DNA from: Clostridia bacterium
GTDB taxonomy: Bacteria > Bacillota > Clostridia > Christensenellales > UBA1242
DNA length: 40,000 bases
NCBI GenBank assembly: GCA_045657465.1
Contig: JAZOTD010000036.1
Span: forward strand, 11,372 to 51,371
Reading direction: 5' to 3'
Shown here one piece after another: positions 23,305-32,949 of the stretch. The notes under the pieces are model-generated. The model made no database searches. It was not told the DNA's origin and was given only the letters and a program-made list of their open reading frames with translations. A program made the position numbers and the translations under genes. The first letter of the stretch is position 1; each line of letters begins with the position of its first letter.

Positions 23305-26106
23305 CTAATTTAAAACATTTTTGAGTGCTTGACCAGTGTAAGACTGTGAAACTCTTGCAACTTGCTCTGGAGTTCCTTGAGCAACAATAGTTCCACCTCG
23401 GTCACCACCTTCAGGCCCAATATCAATTATATGGTCTGCAACCTTGATAAAATCAAGATTGTGTTCAATTACAACCACACTGTTGCCTGTTGAAACAAGT
23501 CTTTGAAGAATTGCTATCAACTTTTCAACGTCATAAGTGTGTAAACCAGTTGTTGGCTCATCTAAAATATATAATGTTTTGCCAGTTGCTCTCTTCGAAA
23601 GTTCTGTTGCAAGCTTAACTCTCTGTGCTTCACCACCTGAAAGCGTTGTTGCTGACTGGCCAAGAGTGATATATCCCAAACCAACATCATAAAGCGTTTG
23701 CAATTTATTTTTAATAGATGGCAAGTTATAGAAGAATTGCAAGGCATCTTCAACTGTCATGTTAAGCACGTCATTAATAGTCTTGCCCTTATATTTGATT
23801 TCAAGCGTGTTTTTGTTATAGCGTTTACCTTTACATTCATCACAAGTAACATAAACATCTGGCAAGAAATGCATTTCAATCTTAAGCACCCCATCACCAC
23901 CACAGGCTTCACATCTTCCACCTTTTACATTGAAACTAAATCTTCCAGCAGTGTAACCTTTTGCTTTAGATTCAGGCACAGACGCAAAAAGCTCACGTAT
24001 TGCAGAAAACACACCTGTGTATGTAACTGGATTGCTTCGTGGAGTTCTTCCTATTGGACTTTGATCAATAACAACAACCTTATCAATATGTTCAATGCCT
24101 TTAATGTCTTTATAAATACCTTCTGGCAAATTAGAACCATTTATTCTGTTTGCAACTGCAGGATAAAGCACTTCATTAATCAAACTTGACTTTCCACTAC
24201 CTGAAACACCAGTAACAGCAACCAAATTTCCAAGTGGGATTTTCACATTGATATTTTTCAAATTATTCTGCTTAGCCCCGATAATTTCAAGTATTCTGTC
24301 AGACATAGCTCTACGATTTTCAGGTACTTTTATGCCACGTCTTCCCGATAAATATGCACCAGTTATAGAATTTTCAACCTGTGCAATTTCTGCTGGTGTT
24401 CCTGCTGCTATGATTCGACCACCATGCACCCCTGCCATTGGTCCAACATCTACAATATAGTCAGCTGACCTAATTGTGTCTTCATCATGCTCAACAACCA
24501 AAACACTATTACCTAAATCTCTCAAATGTTTCAAAGTTCCAATAAGCTTGTTTGTGTCTCTTGGGTGCAAACCAATACTTGGTTCATCTAATATATACAA
24601 AACACCCATAAGCCCACTTCCAATTTGAGTTGCAAGTCTAATTCTTTGAGCTTCACCACCAGACAATGTGTACGCAGTTCTTGAAAGAGTGAGATATTCA
24701 AGCCCAACATTAAGCAAAAATTGAAGTCTGGCTTTAATTTCCTTAAAAATCCCTGCTGAAATTGCCCTTTCTTTTTCCGTCAAATTCAACTCTTCAATCC
24801 ACTTAAGCATTGATGTTACATTCATCTCAGTCACGTCAATAATAGATTTTCCTGCGATTTTAACTGACAAAGCCTGTTTATTTAAACGCTTTCCATAGCA
24901 ACTTTGGCAAGGTTTTGTAACCATATATTTTTCAATTTCATTTTTCACAAAATCACTTTGTGCATTTTCATGTCGGCGATATAAGTTTGGAATAATTCCT
25001 TCATATCTGCCAGCAAAAACATTACCGTTTGCAGTCACCATCTTCAATTTTTCGCCATTAGTTCCATAAAATAGTTCATGCAAAGCTTCTTTTGGATAAT
25101 CTTTAAGCGGAGTTGTCATATTGATGTTATATTTATCAATCACCCCTCTAAAAAACATATTTCCAAAACCATAATCACCCCAGCCAAACACTGAAACAGC
25201 CCCTTCTAAAAGCGACAAATTCCAATCTTTGACAAGCAATGACTCTTCAATAATCATCTTTGAACCAATACCCAAACATTCTGGGCATGCACCTATTGGA
25301 GTGTTAAAACTAAAGAGTCTTGAAGAAATCTCATTAAATGAAAACCCACAATTTGGACAACTGTGCTTTGTTGAGTATAAAAACTCACTTCCGTTTGTGT
25401 CCACAATAACCACACCATCGGCAAGTTTAACTGCGGTTTCAATGCTTTCTGCTAGTCTTGTTTCAATGCCATCTTTGCGAATAAGTCGATCAATAACCAC
25501 TGAAATATCATGTTTTTTCTTTTTATCAAGCACAATTTCATCATCAATGCTATAAATTGTGCCATCAACCTTGAGCCTGATATAACCTTTCTTTCTAAAT
25601 TCTTCAAAAAGCTCTCTATATTCTCCTGTTTTTCTGCGAATAACAGGCGCAATAACCATAATCTTTGAACCATCTTCACAAGCCATAACTTTGTTAACAA
25701 TGTTATCAATTGATGAAGAATTGATTGGAATGTTGCAATTTACACAATATGGAACACCAATATTTGCAAACAAAAGCCTTAAATAATCATAAATTTCAGT
25801 AACAGTGCCCACTGTTGACCTTGGGTTTGATGATGTTGTCTTTTGATCAATTGCAATTGCTGGAGAAAGCCCGTCAATCTCATCAACATCAGGTTTTTTC
25901 ATTTGCCCCATAAATTGCCTAGCATAAGAAGACAAAGATTCCATATATCTTCTTTGTCCTTCAGCAAAAATCGTATCAAATGCCAAACTAGACTTTCCGC
26001 TACCTGAAAGTCCTGTGAGCACAACCAATTTGTTTCGTGGAATGTCAAGATTGATGTTTTTTAGGTTGTTTTCTCTTGCACCAACAATTCTAATAAAATT
26101 ATCCAT
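23305..26106 (-). CDS. uvrA: excinuclease ABC subunit A
   Basis: 933 aa. Two ABC modules ([14 protein letters not shown] and [13 protein letters not shown]; LSGGEAQR twice) plus zinc-finger cysteines CPNCG, CPEC and [17 protein letters not shown]. Confidence 0.97.
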   Translation of the reverse strand: MDNFIRIVGARENNLKNINLDIPRNKLVVLTGLSGSGKSSLAFDTIFAEGQRRYMESLSSYARQFMGQMKKPDVDEIDGLSPAIAIDQKTTSSNPRSTVGTVTEIYDYLRLLFANIGVPYCVNCNIPINSSSIDNIVNKVMACEDGSKIMVIAPVIRRKTGEYRELFEEFRKKGYIRLKVDGTIYSIDDEIVLDKKKKHDISVVIDRLIRKDGIETRLAESIETAVKLADGVVIVDTNGSEFLYSTKHSCPNCGFSFNEISSRLFSFNTPIGACPECLGIGSKMIIEESLLVKDWNLSLLEGAVSVFGWGDYGFGNMFFRGVIDKYNINMTTPLKDYPKEALHELFYGTNGEKLKMVTANGNVFAGRYEGIIPNLYRRHENAQSDFVKNEIEKYMVTKPCQSCYGKRLNKQALSVKIAGKSIIDVTEMNVTSMLKWIEELNLTEKERAISAGIFKEIKARLQFLLNVGLEYLTLSRTAYTLSGGEAQRIRLATQIGSGLMGVLYILDEPSIGLHPRDTNKLIGTLKHLRDLGNSVLVVEHDEDTIRSADYIVDVGPMAGVHGGRIIAAGTPAEIAQVENSITGAYLSGRRGIKVPENRRAMSDRILEIIGAKQNNLKNINVKIPLGNLVAVTGVSGSGKSSLINEVLYPAVANRINGSNLPEGIYKDIKGIEHIDKVVVIDQSPIGRTPRSNPVTYTGVFSAIRELFASVPESKAKGYTAGRFSFNVKGGRCEACGGDGVLKIEMHFLPDVYVTCDECKGKRYNKNTLEIKYKGKTINDVLNMTVEDALQFFYNLPSIKNKLQTLYDVGLGYITLGQSATTLSGGEAQRVKLATELSKRATGKTLYILDEPTTGLHTYDVEKLIAILQRLVSTGNSVVVIEHNLDFIKVADHIIDIGPEGGDRGGTIVAQGTPEQVARVSQSYTGQALKNVLN

Positions 26107-26171
26107 ACATCTCCTTAAATGCCTATATTTTCAGCATTTATGCAGTATTATGTCAAACATAACACCTCTAT

Positions 26172-28217
26172 TTATCTAGATTTATGAGACTTTCTTGTTC
26201 GTTCATAAACCTTGTCTCTAACCTTTTCGATTTTCTTTGTTCTATTCACAGTTTTTCCTTCTGCTTTGGCTTTTAGCTCTTCGATTTTGTCACGAAGTTC
26301 TATTGCTTTTTCAAAGTCCAATGACTTAACAGCCACATTCATAAGTGCTGTGAGTGATTCAATTTGTCTAATGAGTTCCTCTGGCTTCATTGACGCCACA
26401 TCACTCTCTTTGTTAGTGATTTTTAGCGTATTTACAATGTCTTTTATGATTGTTTTTGGCACAATTCCATGCTCTTTGTTATACGCCTTTTGAATCTCTC
26501 TTCTTCTATTTGTTTCATCAATCGCCTTTTTTAAGCTATCCGTCATCACATCGGCATACATAACAACCCTGCCTTCTGCATTTCTTGCAGCTCTTCCTAT
26601 TGTTTGTATGAGTGCACCAGTGCTTCTTAAAAAACCTTCTTTATCCGCATCTAGTATGGCAACCAAATTAACTTCAGGAAGGTCTAAACCTTCTCTTAAG
26701 AGATTAATTCCCACCAAAACATCACTTTCGCCACTTCGAAGCTCATTTATGACGGCAATTCGATCCATTGCCTTAATTTCAGAATGCAAATATGTGGTTT
26801 TTATGCCGACTTCGCTTAAATACTTCGACAACTGCTCTGCCATTTTCTTTGTAAGCGTAGTTACCAAACATCTTCCGCCACTCTCAATTGTTTTATTCAG
26901 CTCTCCAATAAGGTCATCCACTTGATTCTTAACCGGCTTAACCACAACTTCTGGGTCTAACAGCCCTGTCGGTCTAATAATTTGTTCAACAACATTGTCT
27001 TGATGTTCCATTTCATAAACACCAGGAGTTGCTGAAACACAAATAATTTGATGATATTTCTTGTCAAACTCATCAAATGTGAGTGGTCTATTGTCATAAG
27101 CCGACTTAATTCTAAAACCATATTCAACAAGTGCGTCTTTTCTCGACCTATCTCCATTATACATTGCCCTAATCTGTGGCAATGTCATATGGCTTTCATC
27201 AACCAAGAGCAAAAAGTCATCTGGAAAATAATCCATAAGTGTGTATGGTGTTTCTCCAGGCTGTCTGCCATCAAAATATCTTGAATAGTTCTCAATTCCG
27301 CTACAATAACCTATTTCACGGAGCATTTCAATGTCATAAGATGTGCGCTGTTTCAATCTTTCAGCTTCCAATATCTTGCCTTGAGCCTGCATATCAGCCA
27401 CTTCTTTTTCCATATCTGCTTGGATTTGCGCAAGACACTCTTCCATCTTCTTTGACCCAACGGCATAGTGTGTTGCTGGATATATCGCAATATGGTCAAG
27501 TGTTGACACAACCCTTCCTGAAACGCTTTCTATTTCACAAATACGATCAATTTCATCACCAAAAAACTCAATTCTAATCGAATATTCACTGCTGTTTGAT
27601 GGAAAAACTTCAAGTGTGTCACCACGCACTCTAAACGTTCCACGAACAAAATCGATATCATTTCTTTTATATTGGTTTTCAACTAGTCTTAAAATAATAT
27701 CATCTCGTGAAATTTCCATACCTGGTCTAAGCGAAACCGCCTGTTTGTGATACTCACTAGGCTCTCCCAAACCATAAATACACGAAACCGATGCAACAAT
27801 AATAACATCTCTTCTTTCAAATAATGCACAAGTCGCAGAGTGCCTGAGCTTGTCTATTTCATCATTGATTTGAAGTTCTTTTTCAATGTATGTGTCAGAT
27901 GAAGCAATATAGGCTTCTGGCTGATAATAATCATAATAAGACACAAAATAACCAACCGAGTTGTTTGGAAAGAACTCTCTAAACTCATTGCAGAGCTGTG
28001 CAGCCAATGTTTTGTTGTGCGCAATGACAAGTGTTGGTCTTTGAACTTTTTCAATAATATTGGCCATAGTAAAAGTCTTACCGCTTCCGGTAACACCGAG
28101 TAACACCTGCGTTCTAAGTCCATCATTCAATCCTTCAACCAAACTTTCAATCGCTTGTGGTTGGTCGCCTGTAGGCTTGAATTTTGACGCAATTTCAAAT
28201 CTTTTTTCTTCTGCCAT
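26172..28217 (-). CDS. uvrB: excinuclease ABC subunit B
   Basis: [41 protein letters not shown], and a C-terminal UVR motif ([15 protein letters not shown]) followed by a basic tail. Confidence 0.97.
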   Translation of the reverse strand: MAEEKRFEIASKFKPTGDQPQAIESLVEGLNDGLRTQVLLGVTGSGKTFTMANIIEKVQRPTLVIAHNKTLAAQLCNEFREFFPNNSVGYFVSYYDYYQPEAYIASSDTYIEKELQINDEIDKLRHSATCALFERRDVIIVASVSCIYGLGEPSEYHKQAVSLRPGMEISRDDIILRLVENQYKRNDIDFVRGTFRVRGDTLEVFPSNSSEYSIRIEFFGDEIDRICEIESVSGRVVSTLDHIAIYPATHYAVGSKKMEECLAQIQADMEKEVADMQAQGKILEAERLKQRTSYDIEMLREIGYCSGIENYSRYFDGRQPGETPYTLMDYFPDDFLLLVDESHMTLPQIRAMYNGDRSRKDALVEYGFRIKSAYDNRPLTFDEFDKKYHQIICVSATPGVYEMEHQDNVVEQIIRPTGLLDPEVVVKPVKNQVDDLIGELNKTIESGGRCLVTTLTKKMAEQLSKYLSEVGIKTTYLHSEIKAMDRIAVINELRSGESDVLVGINLLREGLDLPEVNLVAILDADKEGFLRSTGALIQTIGRAARNAEGRVVMYADVMTDSLKKAIDETNRRREIQKAYNKEHGIVPKTIIKDIVNTLKITNKESDVASMKPEELIRQIESLTALMNVAVKSLDFEKAIELRDKIEELKAKAEGKTVNRTKKIEKVRDKVYERTRKSHKSR

Positions 28218-28225
28218 ACACTTTC

Positions 28226-28253
28226 ATTATAACCAATTTAAATTTATTTACAA
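28226..28253 (-). promoter_or_regulatory. candidate promoter immediately upstream of uvrB
   Basis: The minus strand reads TTGTAA (28253-28248), 16 nt, TATAAT (28231-28226), then only 8 nt (GAAAGTGT) before the uvrB ATG. Confidence 0.35.
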
Positions 28254-28254
28254 T

Positions 28255-28704
28255 TTAACGTTTAAATTTGTTAAAGTAATATTCAATTCCTGCCTTTTGA
28301 TAAGGAAAAGGAATCAAATCAATAACATCTTTGCTATCAACATAAACCCTTGTGTGCCAGTCTTCAAGTGGTGTTTGTTTTGTTTCTTCTTTAAGTTTGA
28401 CAACAAATATATGTGCATATCTTTCACATCCGGTCTTTCCATCTCTCCAATTCCAAAAACAATGCACCCTAACAAGCTCTTCAGCAGATTCTATTTCATA
28501 ACCTGCTTCTTCTAAAAACTCGCGTCTAATGGCTTCTTCTGGAGTTTCACCTTCTTCAATTCCACCACCAGGCATCGAATGGTTTCTGTCTTTGTGAGTA
28601 TAGACAAGCATAAACTGCCCGTCTTTTTCAACCAATCCAAAACATACTTTTCTAAAGTCATAGGTTCTATCTTCTAATTTTTCACCAACTTCAAGAATCT
28701 CCAT
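28255..28704 (-). CDS. NUDIX hydrolase
   Basis: Nudix box GGGIEEGETPEEAIRREFLEEAGY (G-x5-E-x7-REUxEExGU). Confidence 0.85.
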   Translation of the reverse strand: MEILEVGEKLEDRTYDFRKVCFGLVEKDGQFMLVYTHKDRNHSMPGGGIEEGETPEEAIRREFLEEAGYEIESAEELVRVHCFWNWRDGKTGCERYAHIFVVKLKEETKQTPLEDWHTRVYVDSKDVIDLIPFPYQKAGIEYYFNKFKR

Positions 28705-28713
28705 ATTAGCTCC

Positions 28714-29346
28714 TTATCCATTTTGATTTTTGCTAAAACAAGGCTTTCCTAAAAGCAATGTTCGAAGCTTGTCAATGCCAAGGTCTTCTTTTTTGAAATT
28801 AAACCCATATCCATTAAGTTCATCAATTAGCATTGCTCTTTGCACTTCAACATCTTCAACCCCATAATAATCAGGATTGTCATAATAAAGCACCAAACCA
28901 ACATTGTCAATATCTTGAATTTGAATCATGCTTTTCATATCGTCAATTTTGTATTGATAATCTCTTTTAAATGTGTCAAAAATCAAATACCAACCTGCGC
29001 CTTCAATTTCCGCTTGAATCTGCTTAAACTCGTCCATATCACATTCAAAACGGTCTTCACCAGCACGGTCATAAGCATTAAAGTTTTCAAAACGCATAGA
29101 AACATCATATTTTCCATTCCATTTTTTGCCACCAACACCATTGCCTATTCTAAAACGCACACATGCATTTTTGATTTGATTTTCCGTCATCTTCTCAAGT
29201 TCAGCAAATTTCTTGTTGGTCCAATAAAGATCATGCGTTTCGCAATTAAACACATTAACCGCACCCACATCATCTAAAATTTTTTCATATATTTCAGGCT
29301 CTCCTTCTAAAAGCATTCCTACTTCAACAATGGTTTTTTCTTCCAT
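28714..29346 (-). CDS. hypothetical cytoplasmic protein (210 aa)
   Basis: AAGGAG lies 7 nt upstream of ATG 29346. The track start 29397 would run through the promoter. No family confidently recognised. Confidence 0.6.
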   Translation of the reverse strand: MEEKTIVEVGMLLEGEPEIYEKILDDVGAVNVFNCETHDLYWTNKKFAELEKMTENQIKNACVRFRIGNGVGGKKWNGKYDVSMRFENFNAYDRAGEDRFECDMDEFKQIQAEIEGAGWYLIFDTFKRDYQYKIDDMKSMIQIQDIDNVGLVLYYDNPDYYGVEDVEVQRAMLIDELNGYGFNFKKEDLGIDKLRTLLLGKPCFSKNQNG

Positions 29347-29368
29347 AACAAATCTCCTTAACACTTGT

Positions 29369-29397
29369 ATTATAAAAAAATTGCGAAAACAACGCAA
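29369..29397 (-). promoter_or_regulatory. sigma-A type promoter of the 210-aa gene (and possibly NUDIX-uvrBA)
   Basis: The minus strand reads TTGCGT (29397-29392), 17 nt, TATAAT (29374-29369). About 20 nt upstream of the AAGGAG SD. Confidence 0.55.
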
Positions 29398-29461
29398 ACA
29401 AAAAGCCTAGATAATATCTAGACTTTTGTATTATTATCCGTTGTATTATTTATCGGCTTAT

Positions 29462-29590
29462 ATTTTAGGTCAAAATTTGAGTGCAGTGCAAGAAATAGAA
29501 AAACTCCCAGGCAGGATTTTACTCACGTAAATGAGTGTCTGGGAGTTTTGATAATTTCAAAGCAATGTGCTTAATATTTTGACCTAAAAT
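29462..29590. repeat. 129-bp nested inverted repeat (perfect 15-bp outer arms)
   Basis: ATTTTAGGTCAAAAT (29462-29476) is the exact reverse complement of ATTTTGACCTAAAAT (29576-29590). The arms enclose the terminator hairpin at 29500-29549. Confidence 0.8.
29500..29549 (-). terminator. terminator of the ABC transporter operon
   Basis: AAAACTCCCAG (29500-29510) pairs with CTGGGAGTTTT (29539-29549). An inner ACTCA/TGAGT pairing is also present. A T-run follows on the minus strand. Confidence 0.7.
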
Positions 29591-31287
29591 TATTCACGGC
29601 GAAGTGCATCAATCGGTTGCATTCTAGATGCTTTGATTGCTGGGAACATACCAAAGATAAGACCAATCGCAGTGCAGAATCCTAAACTCATTCCAATAAC
29701 CCAGAATGGCATTGGGATCGCAAATCCAATAAAGTGTCCAATTATTGCACAACCAATCGCAGAAATTCCAAGACCAATTGCACCACCAATAAGTGAAAGC
29801 ATCAATGCTTCAACCAAGAACTGTGTCAAAATAGACGAACGTTTTGCACCAATCGCCTTTCTAACACCAATTTCACGAGTTCTTTCAGTAACTGCAACCA
29901 GCATGATATTCATAATGCCAATACCACCAATTACAAGCGAAACAACTGAAATAACGGTGAGCATAATTGTAAGTGTATTCATTACATTATCAACAATTGA
30001 CGCAACTGCGCTCATAGAGATAATCATAAAGTCTTGACCATACATTAAAAGTTTTTGAGACATAAACGCAGCTGTAACATCATTTATTCTATCTTCCATC
30101 ACATCTTCTGTTTTAAATCTCATATATGCATAAGATACAGGTGTTTCTTCAAGTGTCTTTTCTGTTTCACCAAGAGGAGCCAAGTTTGTTTCATCTAAAA
30201 GCATATATGCTGTGCCTTTAACAGAACTCATAATGAGATCAAAAATTGAAAAACTATCACTAGATCCAGATGTCATACTTGACATCATCATATTAGCTTT
30301 TTCTTTTAAAACACCACATATTGAATATGTTTTAACGTTGTCTTTTTCATAGATTTCTTTAATCTCTAATGGATTTGTCATATTTAAAGCCGCTTTATAT
30401 GGAGGCTCAATCAATTGAGTTTGTCCTGTGGAATTATCCACATATTCAACACCTTCAACAAGTCTTGTTTTTGCAAACTCATTGCTAAATGTGAAATAAT
30501 CAATTGAAACAATCAAATCATTTCCATCAACTTTTTTATCATTGACTGTAAAACCAATGTTTTTCATATATGTTTCAACAGCTAGAACAATATTATCGTC
30601 AACTGCCGTCATAAAATGAAACGTCAAGTCAACATAATATGTAACACCCAATGTAACATATCGATCCATTGCTTCTTCATTAGAAACATCTTTACCCAAA
30701 TATGTATCAATAAAATCTCTATCAACCAGCAACTCATCTACCGTTTCAGGAAATCTACCTTCATATTCAATATCATAAACACTGTCAAAATTCTTTGTCA
30801 CTGCCATAACTGATGACTTGCTTGGTGCTGGCTTTTCAAGATTTGCCTTCATACTGTTATAAATGGTTTTTTCAGACTCTGTCATTTTGTCATAAGTTTC
30901 TTTTGAAACAACAACCTTGTTAAAGGTCAAAAAATCTTGAATTAACTCACCATCTGCAATATCTGTCAAATCACTTGCAACAACCGCATTTTTTGAATAA
31001 ATCAACGAATAATCATAATAATCATCATTCTTTTTATTTCCTTGATTATTTTTCAAAACATAATCAGTTGCACTGTAAGTCATATTTTCAGAAGTGCTCA
31101 TCATGATTGCAAGTGTGCTTTGGGTTCTAATTTGTGAAACAACAGCTGTTTGCACACCAGATGCAACACTGGTTAAAAGCGCAACCGTCATCACACCAAT
31201 AATAATTCCAAGCATTGTAAGAAAACTTCTAAGTTTATTTGACCAAAGTGACTTTGAAGCCATTTTTATTGCTTGCCAAAGATGCAT
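29590..31287 (-). CDS. MacB/FtsX-type ABC transporter permease with large extracytoplasmic domain
   Basis: N-terminus ASKSLWSNKLRSFLTMLGIIIGVMTV is typical of the MacB type. A ~360-aa loop follows, then the C-terminal FtsX-type bundle (ERTREIGVRKAIGAKRSSILTQFLVEA). Confidence 0.85.
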   Translation of the reverse strand: MHLWQAIKMASKSLWSNKLRSFLTMLGIIIGVMTVALLTSVASGVQTAVVSQIRTQSTLAIMMSTSENMTYSATDYVLKNNQGNKKNDDYYDYSLIYSKNAVVASDLTDIADGELIQDFLTFNKVVVSKETYDKMTESEKTIYNSMKANLEKPAPSKSSVMAVTKNFDSVYDIEYEGRFPETVDELLVDRDFIDTYLGKDVSNEEAMDRYVTLGVTYYVDLTFHFMTAVDDNIVLAVETYMKNIGFTVNDKKVDGNDLIVSIDYFTFSNEFAKTRLVEGVEYVDNSTGQTQLIEPPYKAALNMTNPLEIKEIYEKDNVKTYSICGVLKEKANMMMSSMTSGSSDSFSIFDLIMSSVKGTAYMLLDETNLAPLGETEKTLEETPVSYAYMRFKTEDVMEDRINDVTAAFMSQKLLMYGQDFMIISMSAVASIVDNVMNTLTIMLTVISVVSLVIGGIGIMNIMLVAVTERTREIGVRKAIGAKRSSILTQFLVEALMLSLIGGAIGLGISAIGCAIIGHFIGFAIPMPFWVIGMSLGFCTAIGLIFGMFPAIKASRMQPIDALRRE

Positions 31288-31288
31288 A

Positions 31289-32041
31289 TTAGTTTTCCTC
31301 CTTTGCTTTTTTTGTTCTGGTTTTTGGGAGCTTTTTTAAATCAACATCGGCATAAGTGTCAATGGCATCATTAACCACATCACTATCAATCTTTCCATCT
31401 TTAATATGCACTACACGTCTTGAAAGTTTTGCAATCTCGTCATTATGTGTAATAATCACAACTGTTGTGCCCTTCTTGTTTAAATCTTTCAAGATTTTCA
31501 TAATTTCATCACCAGTTTTGGTGTCAAGATTTCCTGTTGGTTCATCTGCTAAAATACACATTGGATTTGTTGCAAGAGCTCTAGCAATAGCAACTCTTTG
31601 TTGCTGACCACCCGAAAGTTCACTTGGTTTATGTTTCATTCTTTCTTTCATGCCAACAATTTCAAGTGCCTTTGTTACCCTTTGATGCCTTTCAGTTTTC
31701 TTTATTCCTTGATAAATAAGTGGAAGTTCAACATTTTCATAGGCGTTCATGTTATGCAACAGATTGAATCCCTGAAAAATAAACCCCATTTTTTTGTTAC
31801 GCAAAAAAGCAAGTTGATTTTCTGAATATTTTGAAACTTCAACCCCATCAATTAAATACTTTCCTTCTGTGGCAATATCAAGACAACCCACAATATTCAT
31901 CATTGTAGACTTTCCAGACCCTGATGGTCCAATAATTGTCACAAACTCCCCATCTTCAATTTTAAGCGAAACATCATCAAGCGCCTTAACGATATTATCA
32001 CCCATTTTGTAATATTTTTTTATATGCTTTAATTCAATCAA
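31289..32041 (-). CDS. ABC transporter ATP-binding protein (MacB/LolD type)
   Basis: TTG start with AAGGAG 8 nt upstream. GPSGSGKST, LSGGQQQRVAIARAL, ILADEPTGNLD. Confidence 0.9.
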   Translation of the reverse strand: MIELKHIKKYYKMGDNIVKALDDVSLKIEDGEFVTIIGPSGSGKSTMMNIVGCLDIATEGKYLIDGVEVSKYSENQLAFLRNKKMGFIFQGFNLLHNMNAYENVELPLIYQGIKKTERHQRVTKALEIVGMKERMKHKPSELSGGQQQRVAIARALATNPMCILADEPTGNLDTKTGDEIMKILKDLNKKGTTVVIITHNDEIAKLSRRVVHIKDGKIDSDVVNDAIDTYADVDLKKLPKTRTKKAKEEN

Positions 32042-32164
32042 AGTCTTAACTCCTTAAATTTATGACACCATTATACGCAAATTCTAAAAAATCTAAAAAT
32101 GATTTTATTACATTTCCTTAAAATATTTTTATATAAAATATAATAATGCAAAATCACAGTTTCT

Positions 32165-32191
32165 TGTTACAGAAAAAAAGACACTGTAACA
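32165..32191. promoter_or_regulatory. inverted repeat TGTTACAG-N11-CTGTAACA, candidate TetR operator
   Basis: Perfect 8-bp arms at 32165-32172 and 32184-32191 in the divergent ABC/TetR intergenic region. A third TGTAACA lies at 32240-32246. Confidence 0.35.
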
Positions 32192-32323
32192 TTTTTAACT
32201 CGTGATAATTTCAATATTTACATTAAAACGTATATTTGTTGTAACACCATAAATTTATTTGCATAAACTCAAAAAATTATATGGATTAAAGTCATACTCG
32301 TTCAAAAATAGGAGCATGATATT

Positions 32324-32863
32324 ATGGAAGAAAAAGAAAACCTAACCAAAGGCTATATATATGACGCATTCAAATATTTGTTAAGACAAAAGAAATATGA
32401 CGACATTTCAGTATGTGACATCACTGAAAAAGCGGGTGTTTCAAGAATGTCTTTTTATCGCAATTTCAAATCAAAAGAAGACCTGCTTTATCAGGGCATT
32501 GATGTTATTTTCAGCAATTTAAGAAAAAAGTTTGTTGCTTGCGAAAATAAAAACATCTACACAGTAACAAAACTCATTTTTGAAACCTTCAAAGGATACA
32601 AAACCGAGCTCTTTTCATTATCAAACAGCAAAGTCACTCAAGCAATCTTAGACACTGTTCCTGAAAAACTAAAAGAAAATACTGATGATGATTACATGAA
32701 CAAAACTTCAAAATATATCCCTATCTTCTACTATGGAGCCATCACCACAGTTCTCTTTGATTGGCTAAAAAACGGAACTGAAGAACCACCAGAAGAAATG
32801 GCAAAAATGATTTCAGGACTCATAAACTTCGACATTCATGACGAATCACTTGTGGCCGAATAA
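32324..32863 (+). CDS. TetR/AcrR-family transcriptional regulator
   Basis: N-terminal helix-turn-helix region ISVCDITEKAGVSRMSFYRNFKSKEDLL. 179 aa. Divergent from the ABC pair. Confidence 0.85.
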   Translation: MEEKENLTKGYIYDAFKYLLRQKKYDDISVCDITEKAGVSRMSFYRNFKSKEDLLYQGIDVIFSNLRKKFVACENKNIYTVTKLIFETFKGYKTELFSLSNSKVTQAILDTVPEKLKENTDDDYMNKTSKYIPIFYYGAITTVLFDWLKNGTEEPPEEMAKMISGLINFDIHDESLVAE

Positions 32864-32914
32864 CACATCAAAAATCACAACAATCCCACTTATATTTTTC
32901 TTAATTATTAATGG

Positions 32915-32943
32915 TTGACAAATCTTTTTTGCGTGGTTATAAT
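32915..32943 (+). promoter_or_regulatory. sigma-A promoter of the glyQS leader
   Basis: TTGACA (32915-32920), 17 nt, TATAAT (32938-32943). Confidence 0.65.
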
Positions 32944-32949
32944 ATACCC

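Noticed and set aside
23698-24189. 163-aa plus-strand ORF antisense to uvrA (also 24248-24460 and 25229-25555).
   Set aside because: They fall entirely within the highly conserved uvrA coding region. They have no RBS, and their sequence is low-complexity Phe/Ile/Asn-rich, typical of antisense AT-rich frames.
28060-28515. 151-aa plus-strand ORF spanning the uvrB start, the intergenic gap and the NUDIX 3' end.
   Set aside because: It is antisense to two well-supported genes and crosses their intergenic promoter. It has no SD and no recognisable family.
28714-29346. Possible CYTH/CyaB-like (triphosphate tunnel) identity of the 210-aa protein (..DLYW..VRFRI.., ..IQIQDIDNVGLVLYYD).
   Set aside because: The defining N-terminal ExExK motif is absent (IVEVGML). 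The resemblance rests on a few loosely spaced residues, so I left it as hypothetical.
29347-29397. 17-codon N-terminal extension (MRCFRNFFIIQVLRRFV) of the 210-aa gene.
   Set aside because: The extension would be translated from the promoter -10/-35 region itself. A strong AAGGAG precedes the internal ATG at 29346.
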